From the NCBI GenBank assembly GCA_013265495.1, contig MU058213.1:1984001-2048000 (forward strand): DNA of 64,000 bases, given 5' to 3'. Origin of the DNA: Vicugna vicugna. Lineage: Eukaryota. A program made the translations under genes and the position numbers. Below are positions 13,422-27,220 of the stretch, piece by piece; the first letter of the stretch is position 1; every line of letters starts with the position of its first letter. Under the pieces are notes generated by a model. The model saw only the letters and a list, made by a program, of their open reading frames with translations. It ran no database searches and had not been told where the DNA came from.

Positions 13422-16400
13422 ATAAGTTACAGGTGTACAGTACAGTGTATTACAATTTTTTAAAGTTATATTTCATTTATAGTCATTATAAAATATTAGC
13501 TATATTCCCTGTTTTGTACAATATACACTTGTGCTTATTTTATACATAACAGTTTGTATCTCTTGATCCCTTACCCCTATTTTGCCCCTCTACCCTTCTC
13601 TCTCCCCACTGGTAACCACAGTTTGTTCTCTATATTTGTGAGTTTGTTTCCTTTTTGTTATATTCACTAGTTTGTTGTATTTTTTTTAGATTCAACATAT
13701 AAGTGATATCATACAGTATTTATCTTTCTCTGCCTAACTTATTTCACTGAATTTAATACCCTCCAAGTCTATCCATGTTGTGGCAAATGGAAAAATTTCA
13801 TTCTTTTTTATGGCTGAGAAGTACTCCATTGTACATGTATACCATGTCTTCTTTATCCATTTAGGTTGGACACTTAGGTTGCTTCCATATCTTGGCAATT
13901 GTAAATAATGCTGCTATGAACACTAAGGTGCATGTATCTTTTTGAATTCATGTTTTTGGGGTTTTTTTTGTTTTTTTTGTTTTTTTTGAATATATGCCCA
14001 GGAGTGTAATTGCTGGATAATATGGTAGTTTTATGTATTGGTTTTTTGAGATACTTTCACACTGTTTTCCACAGTGGCCGCACAAATTTACATTCACACC
14101 AACAGTGTACAAGGGTTCCCCTTTCTCCATGTCTTCACCAACATTTGTTATTTGTGCTCTTCTTGATGGTAATCAGTCTGACAGGTGTGAGGTGATACCT
14201 CATTGTGGTTTTGATGTGCATTTTCCTGATGATTAACTATGTTGAACATCTTTTCACGTACCTGTTGGCCATCTGCATGTCCTCTTTGGAAAAATGTGCA
14301 TTCAGTTCTTCTGCCCATTTTTTAATTAGATTGTTTGTTTCTTTGATGTTCAGTTGTATGAGCTGTTTATATATGTTGGTTATTGGTCATATCATTTGCA
14401 AATATTTTCTCCCATTCAGTAGGTTGTATTTTCATTTTGTTGATGGTTTCCTTTACTGTTAAAAACTTTTAAGTTTAATTAGATCCACTTGTTTATTTTT
14501 GCTTTAAGAGACAGATACAAAAAAATATTGTGACAATTTATTCCAAAGAGTGTTATACCTACGATATCTTCTAGGAGTTTTATGGTTTCCAGTCTTACAT
14601 TTAGGTCTTTAATCATTTTGAATTTATTTTTGTATATGGTGTTAAAGAATGTTCTAATTTCATTCTTTTACATATAGCTGTCAAGTTTCCCAGCACCACT
14701 TACTGAAGAGACTGTCTTCTCCATTGTATATTCTTGTCTGCTTTTTGTAGATTAATTGACCATAAGTGCGTGGGTTTATTTCTGGGCTGTCTATGCTGTT
14801 CCATTGATCTATGTGTCTCTTTTTGTGCCAGTACTATACTGTTCTGACAACTGTAACTTTGTGTATAGTCTGAAGTTAGGGAACATGATTCCTCCAGCTC
14901 TGTTCTTTCTTAAGATAATTTTGGCTACTCAGGGTCTTTCATGTTTCCATATAAATTTTAAGATTATTCTAGTTCTGTGAAAACTGCCAGTGGTATTTTG
15001 ATAAGCATTGGACTGAATCTGTAGATTGTCTTGGGTAGTATGGCCATTTTAACAACATTAATTCTTCCAATCCAAGAACAAGGTGTATCTTTCCAATTGT
15101 TTGTGTCATCTTCAGTTCCTTTCATCAGTGTCATAGTTTTCAGAGTACAGATCTTTTACCTCCTTAGGTGGGTTTATCCCTAGGTATTTTATTCTTTTGA
15201 TGTGATAATGAATAAGATTATTTCCTTAATTTCTCTTTCTGGTAGTTCAAAGTTTAGTGTATAGAAATGCAGCAGATTTCTATATGTTAATCTTGTATCC
15301 TGCAACTATACCAAGTTCATTGATGAACTCTACTAGTTTTCTGGTGGCATCTTTAGAGTTTTCTATATATAGTATCATGTCATCTGCAAATAGTGACGGT
15401 GTTACTTCTTCCTTTCCAATTTAGATTCCTTTTATTTCTTTTTCATTTCTGATTGCTTGTGGCTAGGACTTACAATACCATGCTGAATAAAAGTAGCAAG
15501 AGTGGGCATCCTTGTCTTGTTCCTGAGCTTAGAGGAAATGCTTTCAGCTTTTCACCATTGAGTATGCTGTTAGCTGTGGGTTTGTCATATATGGCCTTTA
15601 TTATGTTGAGGTACGTTCCCTCTATGCTCACTTTCTGGAGAGTTTTTATCATAAATGGCTAGTGAACTTTGTTAAAATATTTTTCTGTGTTTATTGAGAT
15701 GACCACCTGGTTTTATTCTTCAATTTATTAATGTTGTGTATCACATTGATTGATTTGCAGATACTGAAAAATCCTTGCATCTCTGGGGTAAATCCCAGTT
15801 GATCATGGTGTATGATCCTTTTAATGTATTGTTGGATTTGATTTGCTAATATTTTGTTGAGGATTTTTGCATCTATGTTCATCAGTGATATTAGTCTGTA
15901 GTTTTCTTTTTATGTGGTATCTTTTTCTGATTTTGGTATCAGGGTGATGTTGGCCTCATTGAATGAGTTCAGGAGAGCCCCTTCTTCTGTGATTTTTTAG
16001 AATGGTTTGTTCACTTTCTTCTAAATGTTTGGTAGAATTCACCTATAAAGCAATCTGGTCTTGAACTTTTGTTTGTTGGTAGTTTTTAAATTACTGACTC
16101 AATTTCATTACTGGTAATTGGTCTGTTCAAATTTTCTATTTCTTCCTGGTTCAGTCTTGAGAGGTTATACATTTCTAAGAAACTGTCTGTTTCTTCTAGG
16201 TTGTCCATTTTATTGGCATATAGTTTTTCTTAGTAGTCTCTTATAATCTTTTGACTTTCTGTGGTGTCAGTTGCAACTTCTCCTTTTTCATTTCTGGTTT
16301 TATTGATTTGAGACCTTTCCCTTTTTTTCTTGATGAGTCTGACTAAAAGTTTATCAACTTTGTTTATCTTTCCAAAGAACCAGTTCTTAGTTTCATTGCT

Positions 16401-16715
16401 CTTTTCTATTGTTTTTAGTCCCTGTTTTATTTATTTTTTCCTTGATCTTTATGATTTCTTTCCTTCTACTAACTTTGAGTTTTGTTTGCTCTTCTTTCTC
16501 TAATTCCTTTAGGCATAAGGTTAGGTTGTTTATTTGAGATTTTTCTTGTTCCTAGAGGTAAGCTTGCATCACTATAAACTTCCCTTTTTAAAATTGCTTT
16601 TGCTGCATCCCATAGGTTTTGGATCATCATGTTTTTGTCTTGATTTGTCTCTAGGGTTTTTTTGTTTCTTTTTCTGAGTTCTTCAGTGATTTACTCATTG
16701 TTTAGTAGCATTTTT
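13422..16715 (-). mobile_element. LINE-1, 5'-truncated, about 3.3 kb, decayed ORF2 plus cetartiodactyl-type 3'UTR
   Basis: ORF fragments [30 protein letters not shown] (15691-15882) and [17 protein letters not shown]...GTRQGCP (15470-15652) are L1 ORF2 reverse-transcriptase motifs; the frame is broken; ends approximate. Confidence 0.93.
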
Positions 16716-19603
16716 TAGTGGAAGCTAAATTTTTTTAAATTTGAGTTAAATTCAACAAATATTTGTTGATTTCTTCCCAAGTATCAGATGATATGCTAGC
16801 TTCTGGGAATAAAACAGTGAACATGACAGAACAATTCTTGCTGTCATGGTGTTTTTAGGCTAGTGAAGAGGGCAGATACTAACCCTGAAGTTTTAAGCAT
16901 GAAGTTAATAAGAAGTACATTGTACTATGAGAGCAAGTAACAAAACTCTCCCCTATACTAACTGGCCCTACACAACCTACATCCCAGCCTCCAACTAAAA
17001 GCTTAGCATACTTGTCAGAACATTTGAGCACTTTGGCGTACTGCATATACCACTTTCTTGAATGTTCTCTTGTATTTTTTTCAAAGCGTTTCAAAGGGGC
17101 AAGTTTTCCCTGATTATGTTGAAAGGCCATATGTGATAATTCTAATATACCTCAGAGTGGTATGCATTTCATCAGAATAAGAAATAACTGTTGAGTTCAA
17201 CTAGAGTGGAGACAGGAAGGTAAACAGGGAGAAACAGTGAAACTTTCAATATACATTGGTGGTGTCATATATGAAGGATTAATAATAACTAATAGTTAAT
17301 GTTTATTCAGTGCTAACTGCCATTAAGAGCTGGTGAGTCTTTGAGGAGTTAAGTTGACTGGGGTAATAAAAATTGGAAAGAGTAGAGCAAGATTCAGATC
17401 TAGCAGTCTGAATCTCAGGGCTCATGGGCATAACCCTTCTGGATGCTAATTCTACTCAAGACATTAAACTTTGACAGTTGTGCAAATATCTAGTAGCTAA
17501 ACTGCAGACAAAGCCCATATGCACAAGTGTGTGCCTAAGAAATTGCATGCACATGCACACAATACTACAGGAATCAAAAACTCAAATTATAGTGTAGCTG
17601 TGATAAATAGGGCCAAAGAGGAAGAAAGAAAGAGTCAAAAAACAGGCAGTATGCTAAAAATATATGTTGAGTAATAACATCAGTAATTATTATAATAAAG
17701 AAGAAAAGGGCTTGGCAAAGGTGATATAGGAAAAAAGCCCACCCTGTGCTTTAATGTATCCTATTTTTCTTTTCTAAAAACAATCATCCCAAGAGGGTTC
17801 CATCTGTAATCTACCACAACAAAATAACGTAGCTTTGAGAAAATGACATACCGGAGAGACTACTGCCTGCCGGATGCTGCATACTCAAAAGCTACCTTTA
17901 ACACGCATATGATGAAAGTCACACTCTGGTTGTGCTGACAAGGCAGGAGACACAACATAACTTTACCCCTCTATCTACAGAGGGGTGACCTTGATGAGAA
18001 AACCAAACAAAACTGCCCCTTAGAATGATATAGTTGGTACCTAGTGGGATTTTGCATTTTTATTTTATACACTGTATACTACAAAAGAAGGCAATCGATT
18101 AAAACTTGTGGATTATAAAATTACTTCTCCAAGTAGTGAATGTACATGATGTTTTGGTGTGGCAAAGTAGGAATTTAACTACATGATTCGGTTTTATTAG
18201 GGAAAGTATGACTATATATATCTTGGAAACTGTGTCTTGCCTGTATCTATATAGCCCTTGCCCTAAACAATTAAAGCAAGCAGATCTGCAGTAGATTAAA
18301 CACTGAATGTTTTCTAAAAATATGGCCAATTAGACATTACTTGACAACCTCATCTTATCTTCCTTAATGGGATTTTAAAAAAATTTTTTCTTGAAGAATA
18401 TGTACTTTGATACCACGGAAGAACAAATGCTTCATTTATATGGCATCATAGTAGACTGAATAATTTTATAGCTAACTGCTACTAATTTCACTAAGCAAAA
18501 GAAATTAAGAGAGAGAAAATTTAACACCTGTGGTGAAAATAACTCTGAAATGTATTATCTTCTTCCTTACTTCCTTCATTTCATATTCATAGGCTTTGTT
18601 CCAATGGGCTGTTTATAAGATGGTTGTTTTAAAACTCAGAAAGTGTTTTCCCACAGAAACCATGTTGATACCAGAGGCTGGGTCCTCAGCCCACACTACA
18701 GGAGTAAAGCTGCCTGCTCAAGGTCACACAGCTCACATTACTTGAGCAAACACAAGAAGAAATGAACACGTTTCTACCCACTCACTGGCCTTGAACTCCA
18801 GGCCTCGAGTCACTTCTGAGATTTCCTTAGGTCTGGAATCCATGTTGGATATAATACCTTTAAATATCCTTCCTGAGGCCAGGCGTGCCTGGGAAAGAGA
18901 AAGCCCCGCTCTCCAGCAAGAGTCACAGGAGGTGGACGGGCAGCTGCCCATAACCTGCGCAGGCATATCTGAGAGCTTCCTGAACAAGGAAAGTGGTTCC
19001 AGCGATTTACTTTTGGTGACCATCTTCCCATGAGTACAGAAAAGACTGCCCTGAGCAGTGACACATAGTTTTGCTCCTCCTCCCTTCCCGTCAGCTGTCG
19101 CATCTGCTATCAAAGTGCCTGCCACTAACTGTCTCCCTGCTTGCAATTTGCTGTTTCTAATCTGTCATCTGAGAAATCAGATGACCAGGGCTGTTAGGAC
19201 TGTGTGTAAACTGAGAGCCAAGCTCTGAGAGATAGTCAGAGACCCTCTCCTTCAGGAAAGCATTGGTGGGCTTCCTGGTAGCCATTCCTTTTCTTTTCAG
19301 AGCTTTTCTTATCTAATTCCCTGTTTGACAATCTCTAAAAGCTGGCCTCCATCTGCAAAAGGTGCTCCTGTTGTCCAATGCAGTGAAGAACACACCAGAA
19401 CAAAAGAAAGAGACATATTCTAGTGCAGGTGCCCCACACCCAGCTTGGGGACCTTCAGATTGAAAAAATCTCCGTGTTCCATTTCCTCATTAGCAAAATA
19501 GGTATAACCATACACAGTCGGTGAAGTATAATGGATTAAAAACTACAGATTGCTTTAGAATGAGTTGTGAAAACGATCTTTAAGAAGAACTATCATCATT
19601 CTT

Positions 19604-19817
19604 AGGGGTCTGTAAGCTCTGGCTGCTGGACAAATCCAGCCTGCTGTCTGCTTTTATAAATAAAGTTTCATTGGAACACAGCCCCACCCAATCCTTTATG
19701 TATTGTGGCTTCTGTGCTACAAGGGCAGAGTTCAGCAGCTGCAATGGAGATCATATGGACCACAATGCTGAAAATATTTACTCTCCAACCTTTACAGGAA
19801 ATTTTTTCTGATCTATC
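19604..19817 (+). mobile_element. hAT-Charlie MITE (MER58A-like)
   Basis: caaatccagcctgctgtctgcttttataaataaagtttcattggaacacagcc...aaaatatttactctc. Confidence 0.82.
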
Positions 19818-21919
19818 TTATCAAGAAACGTTTGATTTTCAAGCAAATAAGTTTTCATTTTCCCACATACATACAAAAATCCAATTGCTTAATATAGCAT
19901 CTTTCACAACACAGGCCATAACTTTAACAGAAGACTTTCAATAATAATAATAAGCTGTATTAATAACATATAAGAAATCCATTACACAAGTTTTCTGCTA
20001 TGTAAATTCATTGCTGTGAACAGAAAAGTCCTCAGAATTCATTTAAATTCATTTCTTAAAAGAAAAATGAACTCAGAGCTGAGATTTATTTCTGGTATAT
20101 ATTTTAGGAAAAAAATCAGTATAACATTATCCCTATTGTGTCTCACAGCAACAAGGGTGACAAAGCTGCCCAGAGTTGTCAGTGCCAAACACACTGTGGG
20201 AGCTCAAATATTAATCAAAATGACATCTCCAATTTTTTCCCTTCCTAATCAGGCCTAAACATCATGGGACATCTGGCAAATCAATAAGCAAAACTAGATG
20301 CCCTCATAACTCCCAACCTGGAGCTCTGCACTTTTAGCCAGAAGAAGGGGGCCTTCACTGCTGCATAGATACTTCTCTGCTTTGGATGTTTGCCTCTCCC
20401 ATGAGAGGAGCATGCCTGTCTGTGATCCCAAACTTTACCCTCGCCTGCATCTGAATATGCCACCTATCACCAAAAGAAACACCTTTGACAGTTTCCAAAT
20501 AAGATAGGTATGGCGGGTACATGGCTCTGGAATATGCTTGTGCATTCTACCACAGAGAATAAATAAATGAATAAATGAATCTCATGAATAAAGTGAGAAT
20601 AGGCTGCTACAAAGTGTTTGTGAGAAACTAAAGTCTCATATCCCATCCTCCACACCTGGAGGGAGGTGGCACAGGGACTGGCCCATCCCCCATCCCCCAA
20701 CCTTCCACCAAGGTGGGCTTTGGCTGCAGTTGAGAATTAATTAGTTTTGGCTTTTATCCCCTTCCCATGTCTTTTCTTTCTAGGTCTCTTTCTACCAAAT
20801 CCTTATCCCACTGATACCTCGTACTTTTCTCTCTGTGAGCTCTGGAGTTGCTCTAGTGCTGAAAGATCTGATAAATGCCTTAGAGTCAATTTATTCCTCT
20901 TCCATGTATTTAGAAGAGTCAGAGTGCTGGAGAAATGGAGCAGGGAATAGGTTTGTCCATACCTGGAACTAACTTTGAACCTTTTAACAAAGCTAAAAGG
21001 AAAACAAAAAGTAGGAAAAATTGGCTGAAGTAGCAAATACACAGACTTCTACACAAGGAAGTGAGACATGCCTAGGTGAATTCCAGAAACCCTATGGGAG
21101 ACTTGGAGGAGAAAGCTAAAGATCTACCTATAGTTGGGCAGCCAAGATCTAAGAGCCACCACAACTGCCAATTAATATGAAGTTAAGATAAACTCAATTG
21201 TATTCAATCTACTAACTTCTAAGAAAACTTGGGTTAGTTTATTCATTCATTCATGTGCTAGGCACATCAGTGAACAAGCACATTCCGTACCCTCATAGAC
21301 CTCGTTGCAGCTGAATTGTTTTGGTCTTAGCTGGTACTTTTCCCCCTAACTTTATGAAACTATAGAGGGAAAGTCTCCCTAATCCTGGATTTTCCCACCT
21401 TTACAGGAAAAGGATAAAATAGATATCAAGTACAGCAAACATAATGGAAGTAACTTAGCCAGATGAAATACAGCTTGAGAAAGAAAAAGTAGTTCAATAA
21501 ATTGAAAAAAAAGCCAATACCAGACAGACGAACAACACAGACTTATTCAAAAGGAATGAGCGTGGTGAGGGGTTAGGTTGTCAGCCATCTCCAAAGAGTG
21601 TTGTGGAGCTCAAATGAGGTCATCAACTGGAGGATGCTTTAGCAAAGAGGCGCGTCGCAAATGTGAAGGCGATGATACAATTACTGGTAACATTTTCACC
21701 AACTGTGAGCTTAGGTTGAGTTAAGCTTGTTTATAAATGATTACTGTAGATAACCAAGGGATAAGCAGCCTCATAACTTCATTTGGAACAAGTATTCTAT
21801 AAGTTAATTTGACACTACACATGTATGTATCATTCGATATGGCCGTTCTAAAACAAACTTTTTAAAAAGGGAACAATATAAATAACCAACTGTAGGAGAT
21901 TCCTGAGTAAAAGCATCGC

Positions 21920-22415
21920 GTGTCCATAATGGCCACTATGCCAATTTTTGTCCATTTGTCAACCCACTCCTTCCTTCTGCTACCCTCCTATGTCCTGCTC
22001 TGTGCCCCTGCCTGATGTCTAGAACTGAAAATCTTTCTCTCTGACTTCCAGATGGATTAAATTAAGGAAGGCAACTGCAGAAGGAGAGAGGAGAGACTTT
22101 CTTCCAGTCTCTGTCTCAGTACTGCATTTCTGGTGGGAGCTATTTCTCTTCCATGACTTCACAGAGTATCCAGTTCTCTTTGGCTGACCTTGCACTGGGT
22201 TCCAGTACCACTCTTCTCTCGTCTTTCACTTCAGCCCTAGAGGTGGTAAGAGCTTCCTGACACTGCTAGTGTTTGGGTGACGGCCTCACTATCCATTCCT
22301 TGTATGTTACCTAATTCTTATCCACACCCCTATAAACAGTCCTTTCATTAAAGTCTCTTCATTCAACCCACCTGGGCTGAATTCAATTTCCTGTCAGGAC
22401 TGTGACTGAAATACA
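21920..22415 (+). mobile_element. ERVL solo LTR (LTR33-like)
   Basis: 3' end ccctagaggtggtaagagcttcct...cctttcattaaagtctcttca...ttcctgtcaggactgtgactgaaataca; the 5' end is approximate. Confidence 0.7.
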
Positions 22416-24299
22416 ATATAGACATCTATTTATTGACAGAGAAAGCTGTCTGACAGAAAGTAGATCAAAATATTAATAGTGGCTATCTTTAGGCAGTAGA
22501 ATAGGATTATCAGGGTTTTTTTTTATGTTTCTCTGTATTTTTCAACTGCTCTACAACATTTGATTATATATTTTTGGGATCAGAAAAATAATAAAATTAA
22601 AATAAGATATTGGAATAAATATGGTTTCAAGAAGTACTAGTGGTTTAGCTTCCCACCTTTACTGCCCACCCCATCAAAAATACATAAATAACAAGGTGCA
22701 TACCCTGAAAGGTATCCCAATGGGGCAGTGGAACCATAAACACTTGTGAGTGCCCCAATATTTTTATTCATGCTAGACTCTGTTTTCGAGGAAAAATGTG
22801 TTTGATTAGCAAGTATTTACAATTTCACAATTAAAAAAATTCAGTTGCACACATCTATAAGGGTATGTGTTTTATAAAACAGATTTGGATTTCACAAGCA
22901 CAAATCAAAATTTTGTCACATTCTTTGATAACGCTGACAATAGTTAACTCATACTTAGGGTTTGGCACCTACAGGCACTGTTTACAAGCATTGTAGGCAC
23001 TTGTTAATGTAATCGTAACAGGAAGGGTAGTATCATTACTCCCATTTCACAGATGAGGAAACTGACATGCAGTGAAGCCAAGTTAATTTGCCCAAGGTCA
23101 TATGGTTCTTCATTAGCAGGTCCTGGAGGCAAGCCCAGGCTTTAGAGCCTGTCGTATCCATTATAATCAACTGTTACTCAAGTTGATAGATTACCTAAGA
23201 ATCCTAAACTCTCCTGATTTTGTGAATATGTGCAAAGAACAATGGGGGCCCTCATCTTGGTTCACCACTTATTAGCTGTGTAATCTCACACATTTACAAA
23301 TCAGAGCTACAAATTCCTCGTCAATACAGGGGGCTATGATACCTCTTCTACCCACCCTAGAGGCTGTGATAACATAGTGGGGAATGAGCATGAAAGCCCA
23401 TCAGAGCTGTAAAGCACGTCACAGGTGTCAGGTGATGTTACCGTGATGTTATCGTGCACCTTCTAGATACCCTCTGTATGCCATCATCATTAATATACGA
23501 AAGCCCATTGTAAAGAAAATAGCAATTATTTTTGGTGAAGTATGGCTCTAAACTATAATATTATAAACTATCCAGCCTGTTAATAACACCCAACATAAAA
23601 CCACCACTGATTAATCAATACACATCATGCAATGGTTTCAGTGAAATGTACTCTCCAGTGCACTCCCTTGACTCACATTCATTAATTACCTCTCCTTATT
23701 TGATATGTTACCAGCATTTGCCTGAAATATGTTACTCTTGATCTTAAGTTATATAGTGAAACTTTTTTTGAAAACTTTTAAAGTTCAACCTATACATTCT
23801 CTATAATATGATATCAAACATTCAGTTGAACCACTCAGTTTTCAATTTCCCTGACTCAACTTTTTGGAGATTTGTAATTAATTATATTCCATTATTACTG
23901 ATCATCAATTAGCTCAAAATGTTGCTGAGATGGCGAGGATGCTGAAGAAGGCAGAATTCAATGATAATTTGAGACTAGTAGTAGGACACTAAATTTCTCT
24001 CTTGTTAATAATTAAAGTAGATAACTTATGTTTTTATTTATAGCTTCCAGAAATATCTGGCTCATTCCTGTGCACTGCTCTGTCAGCTAATCATCAGGGG
24101 GTCAGGATCTGACTTGGGCCATTGTGTTTATTTTCCATACGTGCCTCCAAACAAAGCCATTAAATGCAGCCCAAATGAAGGTTAAAGCAAGGGGACTTTT
24201 CCTTTTTTTCTCTTTTTTTTTTTTTTGAAAGTCTCCATGCAGCCAAATGTTTGATGTATAAATACAGAAAGGATGAAAAGGGGTAAAATTTCCATTTAC

Positions 24300-24495
24300 C
24301 TGTTTCAATTTCCCAGATGTAAACAGAGTCATCTGCACATCCAACAATTAGAAAGTTCTCAACCGGGTGCCATTTTATCATCCTCACAGGGAAAAGGTGC
24401 TTCCGAGCACTCAGGAGGCACCTCCTCCCTTCAAGGTGAAGGAGAGCCACGGAATGGTCACTGCACACGCAGCAAATTACCTGATTACTTCGTAG
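24300..24495 (-). CDS. WDR72: WDR72 exon 13, 196 nt
   Basis: [65 protein letters not shown](G); acceptor ttccaCAG|CTA; donor CAG|GTAAAT. Confidence 0.95.
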
Positions 24496-26999
24496 CTGTG
24501 GAAAAAACAAGCAGCATTCTTTGTAAGTAAATATTCAAATGCTTTCTTTAAAATTAAATCAGATATTTTTCCTTGAGTAACATAAATTTTTGTTAAAACC
24601 CCATTTACAAAATGACAGTTCGGCACCTCCCCACATACCACTGCACAAGGAACCTTTAGACACCAAGTAGATTTTAAATTCAGAGACCTATTAGGAAGGT
24701 CAAAAGATGCAAGTAAAAAGGAGAATTCCAGGCCAGATCTACTTATAAGATAAACGAAGGACTTGACCATCACTCAGCAGATTCAGGCAGGGAGGCAGAC
24801 ATCGGAAATAATGCAGAATAAAACAAACCCCAGAACTAATTTGTTGCCACAAAAAGAAGCTATTTGTAGACACAAACTTAGGCCCAAGGGTATCATGAGC
24901 TAATATTTTCCACTTAGAGCCTCAGAATGTGATTTGGTGCTGTTCCCAGAGCTATACAGATTCTAATCCAAACAGGAAACTCAGTGTAGACACAATCTAA
25001 AAGAGGTAAGCATTAGATACTTCCAACTGAATGTACAGCTTCGAAGATACAAGGGCCAAAAATAGTCTCACAGGACAAAGATTCTTAAGATACCTTTTAA
25101 GAAAGTCAGCATGCAGTTACCTTGAGCATAGTTTAGGACAAAGAGCATTCTCGCTGGGTGCTGCTGAGGCCAGTCTGGGAGAAGTTCACAGCGCAGCTCT
25201 GTGCCTCACCATGAGGGCCACGCATTGGTCAGCCCAGCAGTGGGGCAGGTGGGCTGTGGTGAGGACAGGGAGTGGCAAGCTCCCCCTGCCCTCTTTTTTT
25301 CTCCTCCAACCACTTTGCTGTGTGGATGCTCCTGTTTTCACTAAGGTGCTTAGCCAGACTTCTGGCTGCTATGTTAAAAGCATCAACTGGGATCCCTTGA
25401 TGATCTCCCAGTGCCCATCACTGACCTCTTTCTGTGGGGCACTGGAGAGAACGTTAATTTTTTTAAATTTTTTTAAGGAGACCTCAGAAATCCTGAAGGA
25501 AAAAAAATCACAAAATGGCAGGTATGATATATAGGGAGCCTGGACTTGTAGAATGGGGTTGATGGCATTGCCCTCCCCACCCTCACTACCACCTCTTGGT
25601 GAACCTGCCCACGCACAGCTTCTGTCCAAGGGACTTCAGGAAACTCATGTACATAAACTCACACAAACATACAACACATGAACATATATATAATATGTGA
25701 ATACAGATCTTATGACCAGGAGTGGAAGCACGCCAGAGACCCACCCACATTACGTCCATCAGATTCTCTTTTCTAAGCATTTGAAATTGTGAAGCTAAAA
25801 GAAGGCATAGTAAGAAGCAAGAGAAAGGAGCAACCACAGAAAAGCAGACCATTCTGGGGTAGTGGATGTAAGGAGTAACCTTAGTTTTTGAATTTAAAAG
25901 TTGCACTGTAGGTCCTTGCTGTAGTGGTTTGTCTTGGATGCCTAAGAGTTGCCTCATATGCCCTTTCTATCAATTCAATTTTTATTTGGCTTTCTTTGAA
26001 TGTGTCCTGATCTTTGGAATTAAATCATCCATAACTGAAGCAGAAGTAAAAGGGGTCAGTTGTGAAACTGACTAGAATTACTGTCCTGGAGCTAAAGGGG
26101 AAAAAAATGCTTTTTTAAAAAAAAAGGGTGGGGTGTGTGGGGCTTCAGGAATAAAAGACGTATCAGGGTATCCCAAATCACCACACAGAATTTTTTTAGG
26201 GGGTCATTTAACTTTATTTCTCTGTTTCATTTAATCATTTGTGTTGCTGAAATATTGCTTTCATTTTGTCTTACTACAAAAATGCAGTGTAAGTTTTCTC
26301 TGATTTTACTTTGGAGCTGATTTTTTGTAATATTACTATGGAGAAATAATTTTTACAAGTCAATCAACTAACTTATAAACTCAGGAAACTCAAACCTTGG
26401 TAGTTCATGTTTTATCAAAGATATCAGCTTGATGTAAGCTGAATTTAAGTTGACATTATATGAGAAAATTATACCTGAAAGTATTTCTTTTTGCTTGGCA
26501 CAAGTTAGGTGCTCTTAAGTTTGTTAAATCTTGTTATTTGTTAAATAAATGAAAGAGCAAACAAAAATTTATTTAAAAAATAAAATGTAACTATCAATAT
26601 TATTATAAAAGTAAATTGTTTAAGGCAAAAGTTAATTCTAATTTATGATTCCTATATATTTGAATTGTTTTTCCATTGAGTGTCTATTGCTTCTTAAAAA
26701 AAATTATTCCATTAAAAATTGATAAGAACTAAGACAAAAAAAGAAAAAGGTAAGTACTTACAGAGAATTAACTGGCTTTTGTAAAGCCAAGAACTGATGG
26801 GACCTTTGCTTTAAAATTATAATAATAATAAAATACATATAAACAGGTTAGAAAATAATTCATAAAAATCATTCAATTATATTATGCATATGTTTTTCTT
26901 TTCTGTGGAAATGAGTTATTTTTCCTTATTTTTTAAACATTCTTTTATGTTATATAACTTAAATGTATGTGTTATGTTTTACTCTTTATCTTAACTTAC

Positions 27000-27220
27000 T
27001 TTGAAATTCTCTGGTGACATCAAAAGACGTGTTACTGGACCAGCTTGCAAAAAGAATTTATGCAGAATTCCTTCAGTAAAGATGTCCCACAAGATGACCC
27101 ATGAGTTCTGGTCTCCAGATATCAGCCAACTTTGGTCTAATTTTGAAGAGAGACCATGTGGGTAAAGCAAGGATGTAACACTGTGGTGGTGGCCTTTGAG
27201 AACTTTGTGAGGAAGGGAAC
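27000..27220 (-). CDS. WDR72: WDR72 exon 12, 221 nt
   Basis: (G)[73 protein letters not shown], a GH...WD repeat; acceptor tttcCAG|GTT; donor AAA|GTAAGT. Confidence 0.95.

Noticed and set aside
1..24299. Further WDR72 exons (14 onward)
   Set aside because: I found no sequence encoding the expected continuation ([20 protein letters not shown] as recalled). This is more simply a long intron 13 than exon loss; a manual scan could miss a diverged exon.
25031..25534. Longest ORF in the track (167 aa, plus strand)
   Set aside because: No recognisable domain, antisense within intron 12, and it runs through A/T homopolymer tracts; consistent with a chance ORF.
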